A stretch of 63,419 nucleotides of DNA from Octopus bimaculoides (lineage: Eukaryota), in contig NC_068988.1 in NCBI RefSeq assembly GCF_001194135.2, positions 53,047,114 to 53,110,532 of the forward strand, read 5' to 3'. Under the pieces are notes generated by a model that was not told the DNA's origin, searched no databases, and saw nothing but the letters and a program-made list of their open reading frames with translations. Shown here piece by piece: positions 50,373-62,071 of the stretch (within the stretch, counting starts at the first letter, position 1; the number at the start of each line of letters is the position of its first letter). Both the position numbers and the translations under genes were made by a program.

Positions 50373-52211
50373 TATATTTTAAGTACCATATATATACTCT
50401 AGTAGCCATATTGTATAACCATGCTAAAGTGTTATGTCTATATTACATTAATTACAGTTATGCGCATAGCTGTGCAATGTACTCGTACGTTCATGCACAT
50501 TCAGTGTGTATATATATATACACACACACACACACGCGTGCGCACACAAACATATATACACATGCACACACCAAATATTCATTTGATTTGAAGGATATTT
50601 ACATGGTTGAACTTAATAACCTATTGAACAGAAACCTCCTTTCTTACAATATATGTGCACATATTTGCACGTACATATTTTTGTGCCTTTGTAACCGTGT
50701 ATGTACGCATGTAGGTGTGTGTGTATATGTGCGTGTGTGAGCGCACATTCATTTAATTTCCCAATCAATAACGTTTTAATTTAACTTCTTCCGAAGTCTC
50801 CTTTGGTCTGTCTCATTTTTAAATACCTCCACCGCCATTGCAAAATATTTCTTTATTTAGCATGCATCCGCTTGCATCACACGCACACACACAATCTATG
50901 CAACAAATCTTGTTTAATTTGCATGAAGAAGATTAATTTATGAACCATATTTAATGTTTTTTTAATTATAATTAACATTTTTCAACATATTAATGTTTTC
51001 TGAATAGTTTTGAGTTCAAATTAACATTTTTAGAACAAAATCGTTTGTTGGTACATGAACTATATGTATGAGAACGATGTGTGAACTGCAAATGTCTGAA
51101 TTAAGAACCTGCTGTGATGGGTCAATAGGTCATATTTTGCTACCATTAGAGGATTGTGTGGCTGAGAAGTTTGCTTTGATTTCAGGTTCAGTCCCACCGT
51201 GTGACAACCTAGTCGAGTGTCTTTTACTATATATCCCTGGACTAATACATTTTGTGTGAGTTTGTAAGTGAAAATTGTATGAAGCCTGTCACGTACACGC
51301 TCGCGCGCACGTACTCACACGTACGCACGCACATATATACAGGAATCCATCGCTTTACGGAAGTAATGCGTTCCTGAAAATCTGGTTGTAACGCGAAATT
51401 CTGTAATGCGAAATTAGTTTTCCTATGAATTCCATATCAAGTGAGATTGCGTTCCTACGGACATTTTTGAAAAAAAAAAAAAAAAAAAAAGAAGAAAAGA
51501 AAAGTAGAATGAACAAAAAGAAAACCAACAAAGAAGCAACACAATCGCCTTTATATATGAAAATAATTTCTGAATATACACCGTTCAATATAGATACATA
51601 AAATCAAAAACATTTCAATAGGAATAAATTAGAGAGTTAATAAGAATTGTAATATCGTAAGAGTACGTTCTTACAACAAAAGATGTTGCCTTACTGTGTG
51701 ATGGGTGGTGGCGGAATGAGCGTTACTAGGAGGACGAGGGACAATCTTTACTATATTTTATAGTTCATTATCACGAACATCAGCTCGAGGGGCGAAGAAC
51801 TGATCCAAACTTGTTTGTTGTTTATGACACATCTTCTCTCTTTACAGCTCAGTATCGGAGCTGAGTTCATTGTAGACTTTTGTAATTTTTATGCTACGTT
51901 CACGATTAGGATATCAGCAAAAAACCTGCGAACCTTCCTCTATTAGCATCAACCCTTTAGCAATAATTTTTGTAGCCAATTTAAGTGGTGTAGGTGGAAC
52001 TTCCCGTTGTCTCATCTGTTTTCAACTTGTTCTTTTTCTACCAGCGTTAGCTGCTTATTAGATAAACTTTCTCTCCGGGACACTAGCAACTCAATCACAT
52101 TATCCTCTATGACTTTTTCAAATCCTACATACTCTGCAAGTGTCACAATATCTTTCCAAATTTGATGTAGACTTTCCGCTCGAAGAAAACTTGTACTGTT
52201 ACAGATACATT

Positions 52212-52404
52212 AGGCGCAGGAGTGGCTGTGTGATAAGTAGCTTGCTTACGAACCACATGGTTCCAGGTTCAGTCCCATTGCGTGGCACCTTGGGAAAGTG
52301 TCTTCTACTATAGCCTCGGGCCGACCAAAGCCTTGTGAGTGGATTTGGTAGACGGAAACTGAAAGAAGCCCGTCGTATATATATATATATATATATATAT
52401 ATAT
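52212..52404 (+). mobile_element. SINE family A head inserted in the Tigger element
   Basis: Canonical head followed by (TA)n and a gap. Confidence 0.85.
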
Positions 52405-53084
52405 NNNNNNNNNNNNNNNNNNNNNNNNNNNNNNNNNNNNNNNNNNNNNNNNNNNNNNNNNNNNNNNNNNNNNNNNNNNNNNNNNNNNNNNNNNNNNNNN
52501 NNNNNNNNNNNNNNNNNNNNNNNNNNNNNNNNNNNNNNNNNNNNNNNNNNNNNNNNNNNNNNNNNNNNNNNNNNNNNNNNNNNNNNNNNNNNNNNNNNNN
52601 NNNNNNNNNNNNNNNNNNNNNNNNNNNNNNNNNNNNNNNNNNNNNNNNNNNNNNNNNNNNNNNNNNNNNNNNNNNNNNNNNNNNNNNNNNNNNNNNNNNN
52701 NNNNNNNNNNNNNNNNNNNNNNNNNNNNNNNNNNNNNNNNNNNNNNNNNNNNNNNNNNNNNNNNNNNNNNNNNNNNNNNNNNNNNNNNNNNNNNNNNNNN
52801 NNNNNNNNNNNNNNNNNNNNNNNNNNNNNNNNNNNNNNNNNNNNNNNNNNNNNNNNNNNNNNNNNNNNNNNNNNNNNNNNNNNNNNNNNNNNNNNNNNNN
52901 NNNNNNNNNNNNNNNNNNNNNNNNNNNNNNNNNNNNNNNNNNNNNNNNNNNNNNNNNNNNNNNNNNNNNNNNNNNNNNNNNNNNNNNNNNNNNNNNNNNN
53001 NNNNNNNNNNNNNNNNNNNNNNNNNNNNNNNNNNNNNNNNNNNNNNNNNNNNNNNNNNNNNNNNNNNNNNNGAGTGTTTATTGA

Positions 53085-53372
53085 CCGAAAACACCTAAAG
53101 CTCCACGAGGCTCCGGCAGGGGATGGTGGCGAACCCTGCTGTACTCTTTCACCACAACTTTCACTCTTACTTCCTGTTTCTGTTGTACCTGTAATTCAAC
53201 GGGTCAGCCTTGTCACACTGTGTCACGCTGAATATCCCCGAGAATTACGTTAAGGGTACACGTGTCTGTGGAGTGCTCAGCCACTTGCACGTTAATTTTA
53301 CGCGCAGGTTCTTCCGTTGATCGGATCAACTGGAACCCTCGACGTCTTAAGCGACGGAGTGCCAACAACAAT
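53085..53372 (+). mobile_element. Element sharing the family B 3' tail but with an unrelated 5' part; (AAC)n end
   Basis: 53185-53365 matches the B tail (GGTCAGCCTTGTCACAC..GTGGAGTGCTCAGCCACTTGCACG..GACGGAGTGCCAACAACAA). 53085-53185 lacks the tRNA head. Confidence 0.7.
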
Positions 53373-55443
53373 TGTACCTAACATTATCAGTAAGTCCATG
53401 TAAATTCGCTAGGTGGCTCGGTGCATTGCTTTGTTCGAAGTATTATGTCTGGCACTGCACCTTTCTACCACAGGGCAAAAAACGCTCTTTGAAAGGCTTC
53501 TTATTTGAACGCCAAAACAGGTAGATTAAACTTTGTGAAACCCTTGAGAACCCTTAGATTTTCAGAGTGCTTCACATGCAGGCGCTTTAGTTTCATATAT
53601 AACCAGTGGCATTTCCATCCAAAAGAAGTGTCAGACGACTTTTGGAAGCTTTAAATCCTAGTGTTGATATTTCTTCTCGAGAAAACAGAGTCCTAGCAGG
53701 CATGCGCTTCCAGAAAAGTGAAGTTTCATCAACATTTTATACTTGCTCTAGTGTGTATTCAACTTTAGCAACTATCCTGCCCAGGATAATTTGTAGCAAC
53801 CTCTGTATCAGCGCTCGCAGTTTCACCAGTCATTTTTATGTTGAGCACATTCATGTGCTTCTTAAACCTTTCAAACCAACCCTTGCAAGCCAAAAGGGAC
53901 ATTTTCATTAGCAGTTTCACCTTACATTTTTCTATAAATCGTCTTATAAACTTCAGACACTTTTTTGAATTACCATCATTGCACGAATTCTGATCCTCGA
54001 TCAGCACTTAAGCGCTGTACTATTACAGTACATAATATCTATGGAAAAAGTCCAGACAGTCAATTATGTCAAGTGCTCAAGAAGCACTTGACATGATTTT
54101 CTCTTATTTCTCACGTATTGTCCTTGCAAGGACCTTGCAAGATATAATGTTTTGGCAATATAACTTAGTTTCACATCGCATCAAGTATTTCTAAAACATT
54201 AAATTTAGTATCCAGTGTAACCCCTTTGTAGTTCCTTTTCGCTTTACTGCCTCCAGGTCTATTTGATAGCTTCTTTCCAGACATCTTAAATTGAAGGCAA
54301 AATCTAACAGCAGTGGCAATACCAATTTCTTTAATTTTCCAATGATTCGCAGATGAACGACTATGTTTGGACACAGACACAACACAGGCTGTGCTTTCAG
54401 GTTTTTTGGATAGTGTTCAGAAATAACTCAATAAGTTTACCATTAACTCCGTGAAATATTCATGGGTCCCACTAGTATATATTATTACTGCTGTTGATGG
54501 TTGTGTTCGCATTGATGATAGAAGCGCTCGCGCGCGCGCGCACACACACATTCTTATATACATTATATATACATGTGCGTATGTGTGTGCATGTATGTAT
54601 GTAACACGATGATAGTTTTTCAAATTGAGTGGCTGTTGAACTAAGAAAAATGTGTAGTTTTAAATTAGCAGTTTTAAACTACGCAATACGAGTTTCTGTA
54701 AGAGCGAAATTACACACCGTATCCTGTATTTAATAGTGATGCTTTACAATTTCCGTAAGTGCGAAATCTCATAACCAATTATGTGGTCTCCGATTCACTC
54801 CTCTACTCGAAGGCTACAGATCCAGTCCATCACTGGAACTGTAAAAATCTGTAAAACGTTCCAGAAGTTAATCATTTAAATATATATATGTGTATGTTTG
54901 GATATGCAACTATATGCAAGAGAATACATACATAAAACAAAACATACAAATCTGCACACACGCATACATACATACAAAAATACCCTGTTGTTGATGTTGA
55001 AATTCCTATAAAGGAGCCTTGTATCTAGGTTAGAAACCGGCTCTTTCTCTATTGGCCAGAAATCTTGAAATGAAACTGAATAATGACGTACATACACACA
55101 CACACTTTCTCTTTCACACACACACACATTCTTATATGCATGTGTGTGTGTATAAAACTCACACTATATACAGTATATATACACGTGCAGCAGCCAGTGA
55201 GAAATTCAAACATATTTCGGCCTTTGGGGACATTTTCAATGTTGTGCTCTTGCAACCAGCCATATGCCTGGGTTGGAATTCGTCGCCTCCGATATAGGAA
55301 ACAGCGAATGAAACCCTCACTGATGTTGTGCTTAGCCTCCCAGCTGAATAAGGATATGATATGGCGCAGTTAAGGCAACATTAAGTTAAAATAGACATCT
55401 ATGTATCATACATAATGTATATACACTGTTGATAGGCCACTTA

Positions 55444-55557
55444 CTGCGGTATTCGTCCTGAGATAAGATCTCTGTGATAATGTTTCATCTCCTTCCGATA
55501 TTGTGTTTTTAACACAGCACATTCATAAGAGATGCTACCTCAGGACGAATACCGCAA
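55444..55557. mobile_element. Tiny MITE-like inverted-repeat element
   Basis: Perfect 18-bp inverted repeat TGCGGTATTCGTCCTGAG (55445-55462) / CTCAGGACGAATACCGCA (55539-55556), with TA on both outer sides. Confidence 0.5.
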
Positions 55558-55594
55558 TAACTCTGGTTTATTAACAGTGTACACACACACACTG

Positions 55595-55639
<45 letters not shown>

Positions 55640-55824
55640 NNNNNNNNNNNNNNNNNNNNNNNNNNNNNNNNNNNNNNNNNNNNNNNNNNNNNNNNNNNNN
55701 NNNNNNNNNNNNNNNNNNNNNNNNNNNNNNNNNNNNNNNNNNNNNNNNNNNNNNNNNNNNNNNNNNNNNNNNNNNNNNNNNNNNNNNNNNNNNNNNNNNN
55801 NNNNNNNNNNNNNNNNNNNNNNNN

Positions 55825-55859
<35 letters not shown>

Positions 55860-55861
<2 letters not shown>

Positions 55862-56940
55862 GGGAGGGGTTCTTTCAATTTCGTCTATCAAATCGACTCA
55901 TGAAACTTTGGTTCGCCCGGGAAGGGGTGGGGTTATAGTAGAAGGCAATTGCTAAGTTACCACGCAGTGAGACTGAACCCGAAACCACGTCGTTGGGAAG
56001 CACACTTCTTAACCACACAACCATATATAAAGGTAAACTATTGCGAAGCTATTAGGGTCTTTTTTTTTTTTTATCATTTATCTTTTATTTGTTTCAGTCA
56101 TTTGAATCCGGTCATGCTGGGGTACTACCTTGAAGAATTTTTAGTTGAATGGATCGATCCCAGTATTAATACCAGAATAAGTACCAGGCTTTTTTTTTTT
56201 TGTGAAACTTGGTACTTACTGTATTAGTCTATTTTGCCGAACCACTAGATTACGGTGACATAAACACACCAGCACCGGTTGCCAAGCGGTAGTGAGGAAC
56301 AAACGTACATACACATACGACGGGCTTCTTTCAGTTTCGCTCTACGAAATCCTCTCACAAAGTTTTAGTCGCCCCGAGGCTGTACTAAAAGTAACTTGCC
56401 CAAAGTACCACGCATTGAGACTGAACCCGGGACCATGTGGTCCGGAAGCAAACGTCTTACTACGTAGCCCCAGTTATTAAGATTTATCATCATGGTAGTG
56501 CAGTGGGTGCTGTAGTCCATAGATGAAGCTTTTCGGTGAAATACATTCGCAAACCTATTAATTCATATTACTTATGATTATGCCTTTGCAAATGATAGCT
56601 TTATCTTTTGTCTACCTTTTGTGCCACTCGTTGGATTGTGGCCATACTGGGACTCCGTCTTGAAAGGTTTAGCCGAACAAATCGACTCCAGAACTTCTTT
56701 TGTAAGTATGGTACTTATTGTTTCGGTCTCTTTTGCCAAACTGCTAAGTTATGGGAACGTAAACAAACCAGTACCTGTTAAGCACGGGGTGGGTTGGACA
56801 AGCACACACATGATGGGCTTTTTTCAGTTTCCGTCTACTAAATCCGCTCGCAAATCTTTGGTTGGCCCGGGGCTATAATACCAGACACTTGCCCTAGGTG
56901 CTGCGCAGTGGGACTGAATCCAAGACCACATGGCTGTGAA
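55860..56940 (-). mobile_element. Cluster of three SINE family A copies/fragments, minus strand
   Basis: Reverse-complement head and tail modules lie at about 55860-56010, 56070-56460 and 56600-56940. Confidence 0.75.
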
Positions 56941-57310
56941 CTCAACCTGGTTTTGATCTCGCCACAAACCATTTCGCTTCACTTATCGTAGATTCGTTTG
57001 AACAAGACTGAAGATCACGTCGTGTCACTCCTTTACCCCTACCAACTTTTAAGTTCTGCATCTAGGTTAACAATCAATTAGCTGTACAAACGTGAAACTT
57101 ATTAGTATTCAAGTTGAAATTGCTCATTGCTTTCTTGTCCATAAGTTCAGCGTTCCGTTCAGTGAATTCTAAAGTGAAAGCTTTTGTTAACCATTCTGTG
57201 GAAGAGCGGAGAAGCTAAATTTAGAAACTAGTGTCAACGTAAAACATTATGCTTAACTACTTTGCTGATAGAGGAAGAAAAACAAATAAAATTTATTTAA
57301 TTTAAATAAC

Positions 57311-57680
57311 AAGCGCAGGAGTGACTGTCTGGTAGGAAGTTTGCTTCTCAACCACATGGTTCCGGGTTCAGTCCCACTTAGTGACACCTTCAGCAGGTGA
57401 CTTCTTTTAAACCTTCAGGCCGATTAAAGCCTTCTGAGTGGATTTGGTTGACAGAAATGTGTGTGTGTGTGTGTGTATCCTACCGCTGCTTGATACCCAA
57501 TGCTGGTGTGTTTGCATCCCGTAACGTTGCGGTTCGGCAAAATAGACCGATAAAATAAGTACCAGGCTTTAAAAACAAAAAGTACTAGGGTCGATTCCTT
57601 CGGCTAAAAGAAAAAACGAAAAAGATTTTTCAAGGCGGTGCCCCATCATGGCAGAAGTTTAATCACTGATACAAGTTAAA
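57311..57680 (+). mobile_element. SINE family A, diverged copy
   Basis: Head and tail modules are recognisable. Confidence 0.75.
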
Positions 57681-57715
57681 GATAAATATCTGTTAAATTA
57701 GAAAACAAAATAGTA

Positions 57716-58095
57716 TGTCAGAATCCTAGGAGAGATTTGGGGGCGGCGTTAACGCGTATCCGAGTTGGACATATGTAGCTAGTGATTTGAGCTTCTTCAT
57801 CTTGATAAGTGCGAAGGGTGCCGGTGCCCGAGGTGGCTGTACAGACCAATGGCGCTATAGAAGAGTCGGGGGCACCTATCGCAGGGGGAGAGTTGGTGGG
57901 GAACGAGGTAGTGCGTGTCATTCTTTGCGTCTTCGACATCTGATCTCTGCTTCTTGATGTTTTCTTTATTTTCCATCAGGTTTGTTCCCTCTACGGTGAC
58001 ATGCTGTCAATTTGTGTGGTCCTTGGCGATCGTCTCCCAGATATTTGGGTCAATGGAAGAGCGAAAACGTATGTCCTTGAGCTGGTCTCGACAAA
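57716..58095 (-). mobile_element. 3' end of an RTE-clade LINE (ORF C-terminus with C2H2-like finger plus 3' UTR)
   Basis: Minus strand reads RDQLKDIRFRSSIDPNIWETIAKDHTN*QHVTVEG, then after a frameshift CDRCPRLFYSAIGLYSHLGHRH..*. This matches the RTE C-terminal pattern W-E-x-x-A-x-D-R..W and CxxC..SxIGLxSH..H. Confidence 0.75.
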
Positions 58096-59049
58096 CATAC
58101 ATACATACATAGACGCTCATCATCATCATTATCATCGATTTTTACGTTTACTTTTTCCATAGTAGCATGAGTTAGACAAGACACATGCTTGAGGTTTTAT
58201 TCGATAGCCGGATGCCCTTCCCGATACAAACGCTTGTTTTTCTAGTAAAGTGCTAAGGTACTTTAGGTCATGTTTTCACATGTGAACTCACTGTCAAGCA
58301 TTTTCTTTATGAGAAACATAAACAGCGCCACCGCTGAAACAATGTCGATGCAAAGATACAAACAAGCCACAGTAATACCAGCTGCGATGGATAGACATCC
58401 TGCCCNNNNNNNNNNNNNNNNNNNNNNNNNNNNNNNNNNNNNNNNNNNNNNNNNNNNNNNNNNNNNNNNNNNNNNNNNNNNNNNNNNNNNNNNNNNNNNN
58501 NNNNNACTGCTTGACAACCGGTGTTGGTGTGTTTACGTCCCCATAACTTAGCAATTCCGAAAAAGAGACCGATAGAATAAGTACCATGCTTTAAGAAAAA
58601 ATAAGTTCTAAAATCGATTTATTTGATTAAAAAGTTCTTCGAGGTGGTGCCCCAGCAAAGCTGCTGTCTAATGACTGAAACAAGTAAATGATAAAGGATA
58701 CTTAGAAAAATACATACATAAAAAGCATACGTACAAAGAGAGACATAGATAATATGTACACACATACATACTCCCTATCAAACTTTAACATCTCATCACC
58801 TGGTAAAAAGTCATCTGCCTTAATGCTACATTGAAGTGTCTTGTACGAGTTACTCGACTTTACCAGTACCAGTACCGCCTACAAAGCGCCCAGGACACTG
58901 TAAAGTGGTTGGTGATAGGAAAGGCGACCAGCTGTAGAAGCAAACATTAGAGCTTGGCGCAGTCTTCTCGCTCGCCAGTCCCTATCAAACCGTCCAACCC
59001 AAGAAAACAGGCGTTAAACAATGATGGTGGTGGTGGAATATGACGGGCT

Positions 59050-59930
59050 GAAATCAATCTGTTTCTTGACTGTTACAGAGGAACGTGTGCCTTACAGATA
59101 GGTTTATCACCAGGAAAAGAGTATAGTTCGGCAAGGTTTTCTGCTTTAACCTCTGCTCTTAAGTGATGCGGCGGTCAGTGGTTAGTTTCGGCTGGATCTG
59201 TGCATGCATCAGCGGTCGGCGGTTAAATAACCTTCAGCATGCTGATAACATCGTACTAATCTCTTCTTCGCCAGCTGAGCTTCAGGGAACTGATTGATAG
59301 AGCTAGTGTTTTAACTAGAGAAACGCACCAAGGAAGACTAAGTTGATGGCACAAGAGGTCAAGCTAACCCAAGATAGCAAGTTCAAGTACCTGGGCTCCA
59401 TTATTGACTACAGTAGACTACAACCCAGAAATCAGAGCAAGACTTGATGCACGATGATCAGCCCTGAGGTCACTACAACATGGGGGGACTGCGTCTTCTG
59501 TAAGATGCATCTAATTGAAACTTCTAAAATCTCTAGTCTTTCCTGTAGCGTTGTATGAGTGTGAAACATAGACACAAAGCAGCTGAGGGCGTTCGTGGTG
59601 AAGTGCTATAAGCATGCTGTGCGGATCAGTTGTGCAGTTTGTATAACGAACGATTCTGATCTGGAGACAGGAACAACAAAAATTGGTAACGGTGGTCAAT
59701 TAGCGAAAACTGCAGTATTTTGGCCTGGATTTCTGTGCCCGCGTCCTCAGCGACTGGATGGATGGAAAACGTACTTGCATGTGACAAACGAGTGATGATA
59801 TCATTTGCTGGACAGGGGGACCTTGGTTGAGTAAGTGTACGGCTGCAACACGAGACTGTAGTGTGTAATGCGGAACGGCTGTTGTCTGAAACCCCGCTCT
59901 CAGCCACGAGGATGGGCACATTCATTGTGT
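59050..59930 (+). mobile_element. Degenerate RTE-clade LINE reverse transcriptase relic
   Basis: Frame-shifted motifs occur in order: NNLQHADNIVLISSSPAELQ (YADD region), FKYLGSII, EIRARL, KLLKSLVFPVALYECET*T, LRAFVVKCYK, KLQYFG. Confidence 0.75.
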
Positions 59931-60221
59931 GTGTTTGTTTATACAGGTTTGCTGGTACAAACAGAATAAATTTAACTCAAGCAAAAGTAGAACGTATCTT
60001 CTACTACAGTCTCGGGCCGACTAAAGACTTGTGAGTGGATTTGGTAGACGAGAACTGAAAGAAGCCCGTAGTGTGTCTGTGTTTGTGTTGGTTCAAATAT
60101 ATACCTTACTTTAAAAGGTAAGTGCCGGAGTCGATTCATTCGACTAAAACTCTGTCAGGTGGTGCTCCAGCATGGCCGCAGTCCAATGACTGAAGCAAAT
60201 AAAAGATATATGTATATATGC

Positions 60222-60655
60222 AGGCGCAGGTGTGGCTGTGTGGTATTTGCTTTCCAACCACATGGTCTCAGGTTCAATCCCACTGCGTGGCACCTTGGGC
60301 AAGTGTCTTCTACTATATCCTCGGGCCGACTAAAGCCTTGTCTGTAGATTTTGTAGACGGAAACTAAAAAAAACCTGTCGTATATGTATGTATGTTTGCA
60401 TGTATGTATGTACGTCTGTATATGTTTGTGTATGAGTATATATGTATGCATGTATTTATGTGAGTGTGTTTGTGTCCCCCACCATCGTTCGACAACCGAC
60501 GTTGGTATGTTTACGTCCCCGTAACTTAGTGGTTCGTTAAAAGGAACCAATAGAATAAGTACTCAGCTTACAAAGATAAGTTCTGGGGTCGATTTCTTCG
60601 ACTAAAAAATCCTTTAAGACAATGCCGCAGTCAACTGACATGTAAAAGAGTGAAC
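60222..60655 (+). mobile_element. SINE family A copy (a partial copy directly upstream at about 59985-60205)
   Basis: Head, microsatellite and tail modules are present. Confidence 0.8.
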
Positions 60656-61909
60656 AAATAAAAAAAGAATATATAAATCTCTCTCACTTTCTCCCCCCCT
60701 CTCTCTCTCTATATATATATATTCACACACATGTACACATGCGTATTTTTACGCATCACTATGTATGTGTATGTGTATATATACGTGTGTGTAGGCAAAG
60801 ATCTTTTGGAATATGAATAAAGAGAACTTCTTAGCTCGTGTTGTAAAGACTACAAAAGTAATTTTAATTCATATACGATACAAATACTTATTTCTAGCAT
60901 TTTGAAAAGATGAAAAGCAAAAGTGATCTCGGAGGGAATTGAAATTACAACCGCGTGAAATACATATTGTCCGACAATTGTGCGTATGTGTATACACTTA
61001 CTCGAAGCTCATTCCGATAAAATAAGCCGTTTGTTCGACAAGTTGAGAAATTGTGTATATTTTATCATGAAAATATATAAGTATTGGTAGATATAGTCTT
61101 TAATATTTCTGAATAGTTTTCTACTTTTCAAATTAATTTTTGCAGTTGTTCATTAAAATATATTTACAAAATCTTTTATCCTGTTTTACAATACATTTGC
61201 AAGTGTGTGTGTGTATCTGATATTTATATATGCCATATCTACATTTTGGAGCCCCACCTCCGTCCGGTTTCGTTAATGTCTGGAAAATACTTTCTGATTT
61301 TTTTTTTTCTTTCCCCTTTAAATTAAACTTTGCAGGGGACACATTTTTGAGGCTGTGGATTACGATTGTGTTGAAAACATTCATTTTCAAGGGATCTAAA
61401 TTCATTTTTATTCTCACGAAAATCTCTTCTCTCTGTAACATGTATTTATTTAAATGACATTTTGCAGAGATCCGTTTTCGGCAGTGTAGATTACGTAATG
61501 CTGATGGTGCTTCAAACACACATCTGGAACAAAAAAGAAAGAAAAAAGGATGCCAAGGTTACGGAAATAGTGATAACAAAGTCGGAGGGAGAAAAGAAAA
61601 AAAGAATGTTTCGAGACACCTCTAAAAAGTTTTTGTTTTTTTTTCCCCCCCAAATTTTAACATTTTGTATCGAAATACATTTTGTCTGTTAACTTTGAAA
61701 ATAATGAATTTAGTGGAATAGCTGACTTTATCAAGCTGGTATTTGGAACATAGATTAATATGAAATGCTGATGGCAAGTTTTAATTCCGATCACTTTAAA
61801 AGGGACCATCTCAGCTGGGTTTGCTCGGGCATTTTACAAATCGTTGAGGAAACCAAGTTGCTGGTCTACAGGCAGGTTTGTCAGGGCGTCTACTTTTGAT
61901 ACTTTGAAC

Positions 61910-61985
61910 GGGGGTTAATACCCCAGGCAGATCACATCAACCCTGGTTACCCGCGAAAGTAGGCGGGATACCAAGGGGCGACCTG
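61910..61985 (+). other. GC-rich structured island with partial HDV-ribozyme-like topology
   Basis: GGGGTT/AACCCT helix with terminal G-U followed by GG; CCCGC-GAAAGTAG-GCGGG hairpin; CAA linker; CCCC/GGGG helix. P3/L3 is non-canonical. Confidence 0.25.
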
Positions 61986-62040
61986 AACCTGTGCAAAAAA
62001 TCGTCACAGATTAGACTGTGGAGTCAGGCATTACCCTGAC

Positions 62041-62071
<31 letters not shown>

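Larger units (their letters stand above)
51780..54284 (-). pseudogene. Tigger/CENP-B-like DDE transposase pseudogene (stops, frameshifts, deletions)
   Basis: Manual minus-strand translation gives, in the expected order: MSGKKL..KRNYKGVTLDTKFNV (N-terminal HTH); ACKGWFERFKKHMNVLNIKMTGETASAD; EQV*NVDETSLFWKRMPARTLFSREEISTLGFKASKSRLTLLLDGNATG; NAPSHLANLHGLTDNVR; then IVTLAEYVGFEKVIEDNVIELL and KQQTSLDQF at the C-terminus. Confidence 0.85.
51340..54726 (-). mobile_element. Decayed Tigger/pogo-like (Tc1-mariner superfamily) DNA transposon, interrupted by SINE-type insertions and a gap
   Basis: Left end TA|CAGGAATCCATCGCTTTACGGAAGTAATGCG (51338-51370). An imperfectly matching inverted end ...CGCAATAC..TTCTGTAAGAGCGA..ATCCTG|TA lies at 54682-54728. 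Transposase motifs lie between them on the minus strand. Confidence 0.75.

Noticed and set aside
352-60300. tRNA genes at SINE heads
   Set aside because: A/B boxes are present, but the heads run into SINE bodies and lack a complete cloverleaf; they are tRNA-derived, not tRNAs.
61910-61985. Twister or hammerhead ribozyme assignment for the structured island
   Set aside because: No CUGAUGA core, and the twister L4/P4 pairing (UCCCAAGC-type loop closed by P4) cannot be formed.
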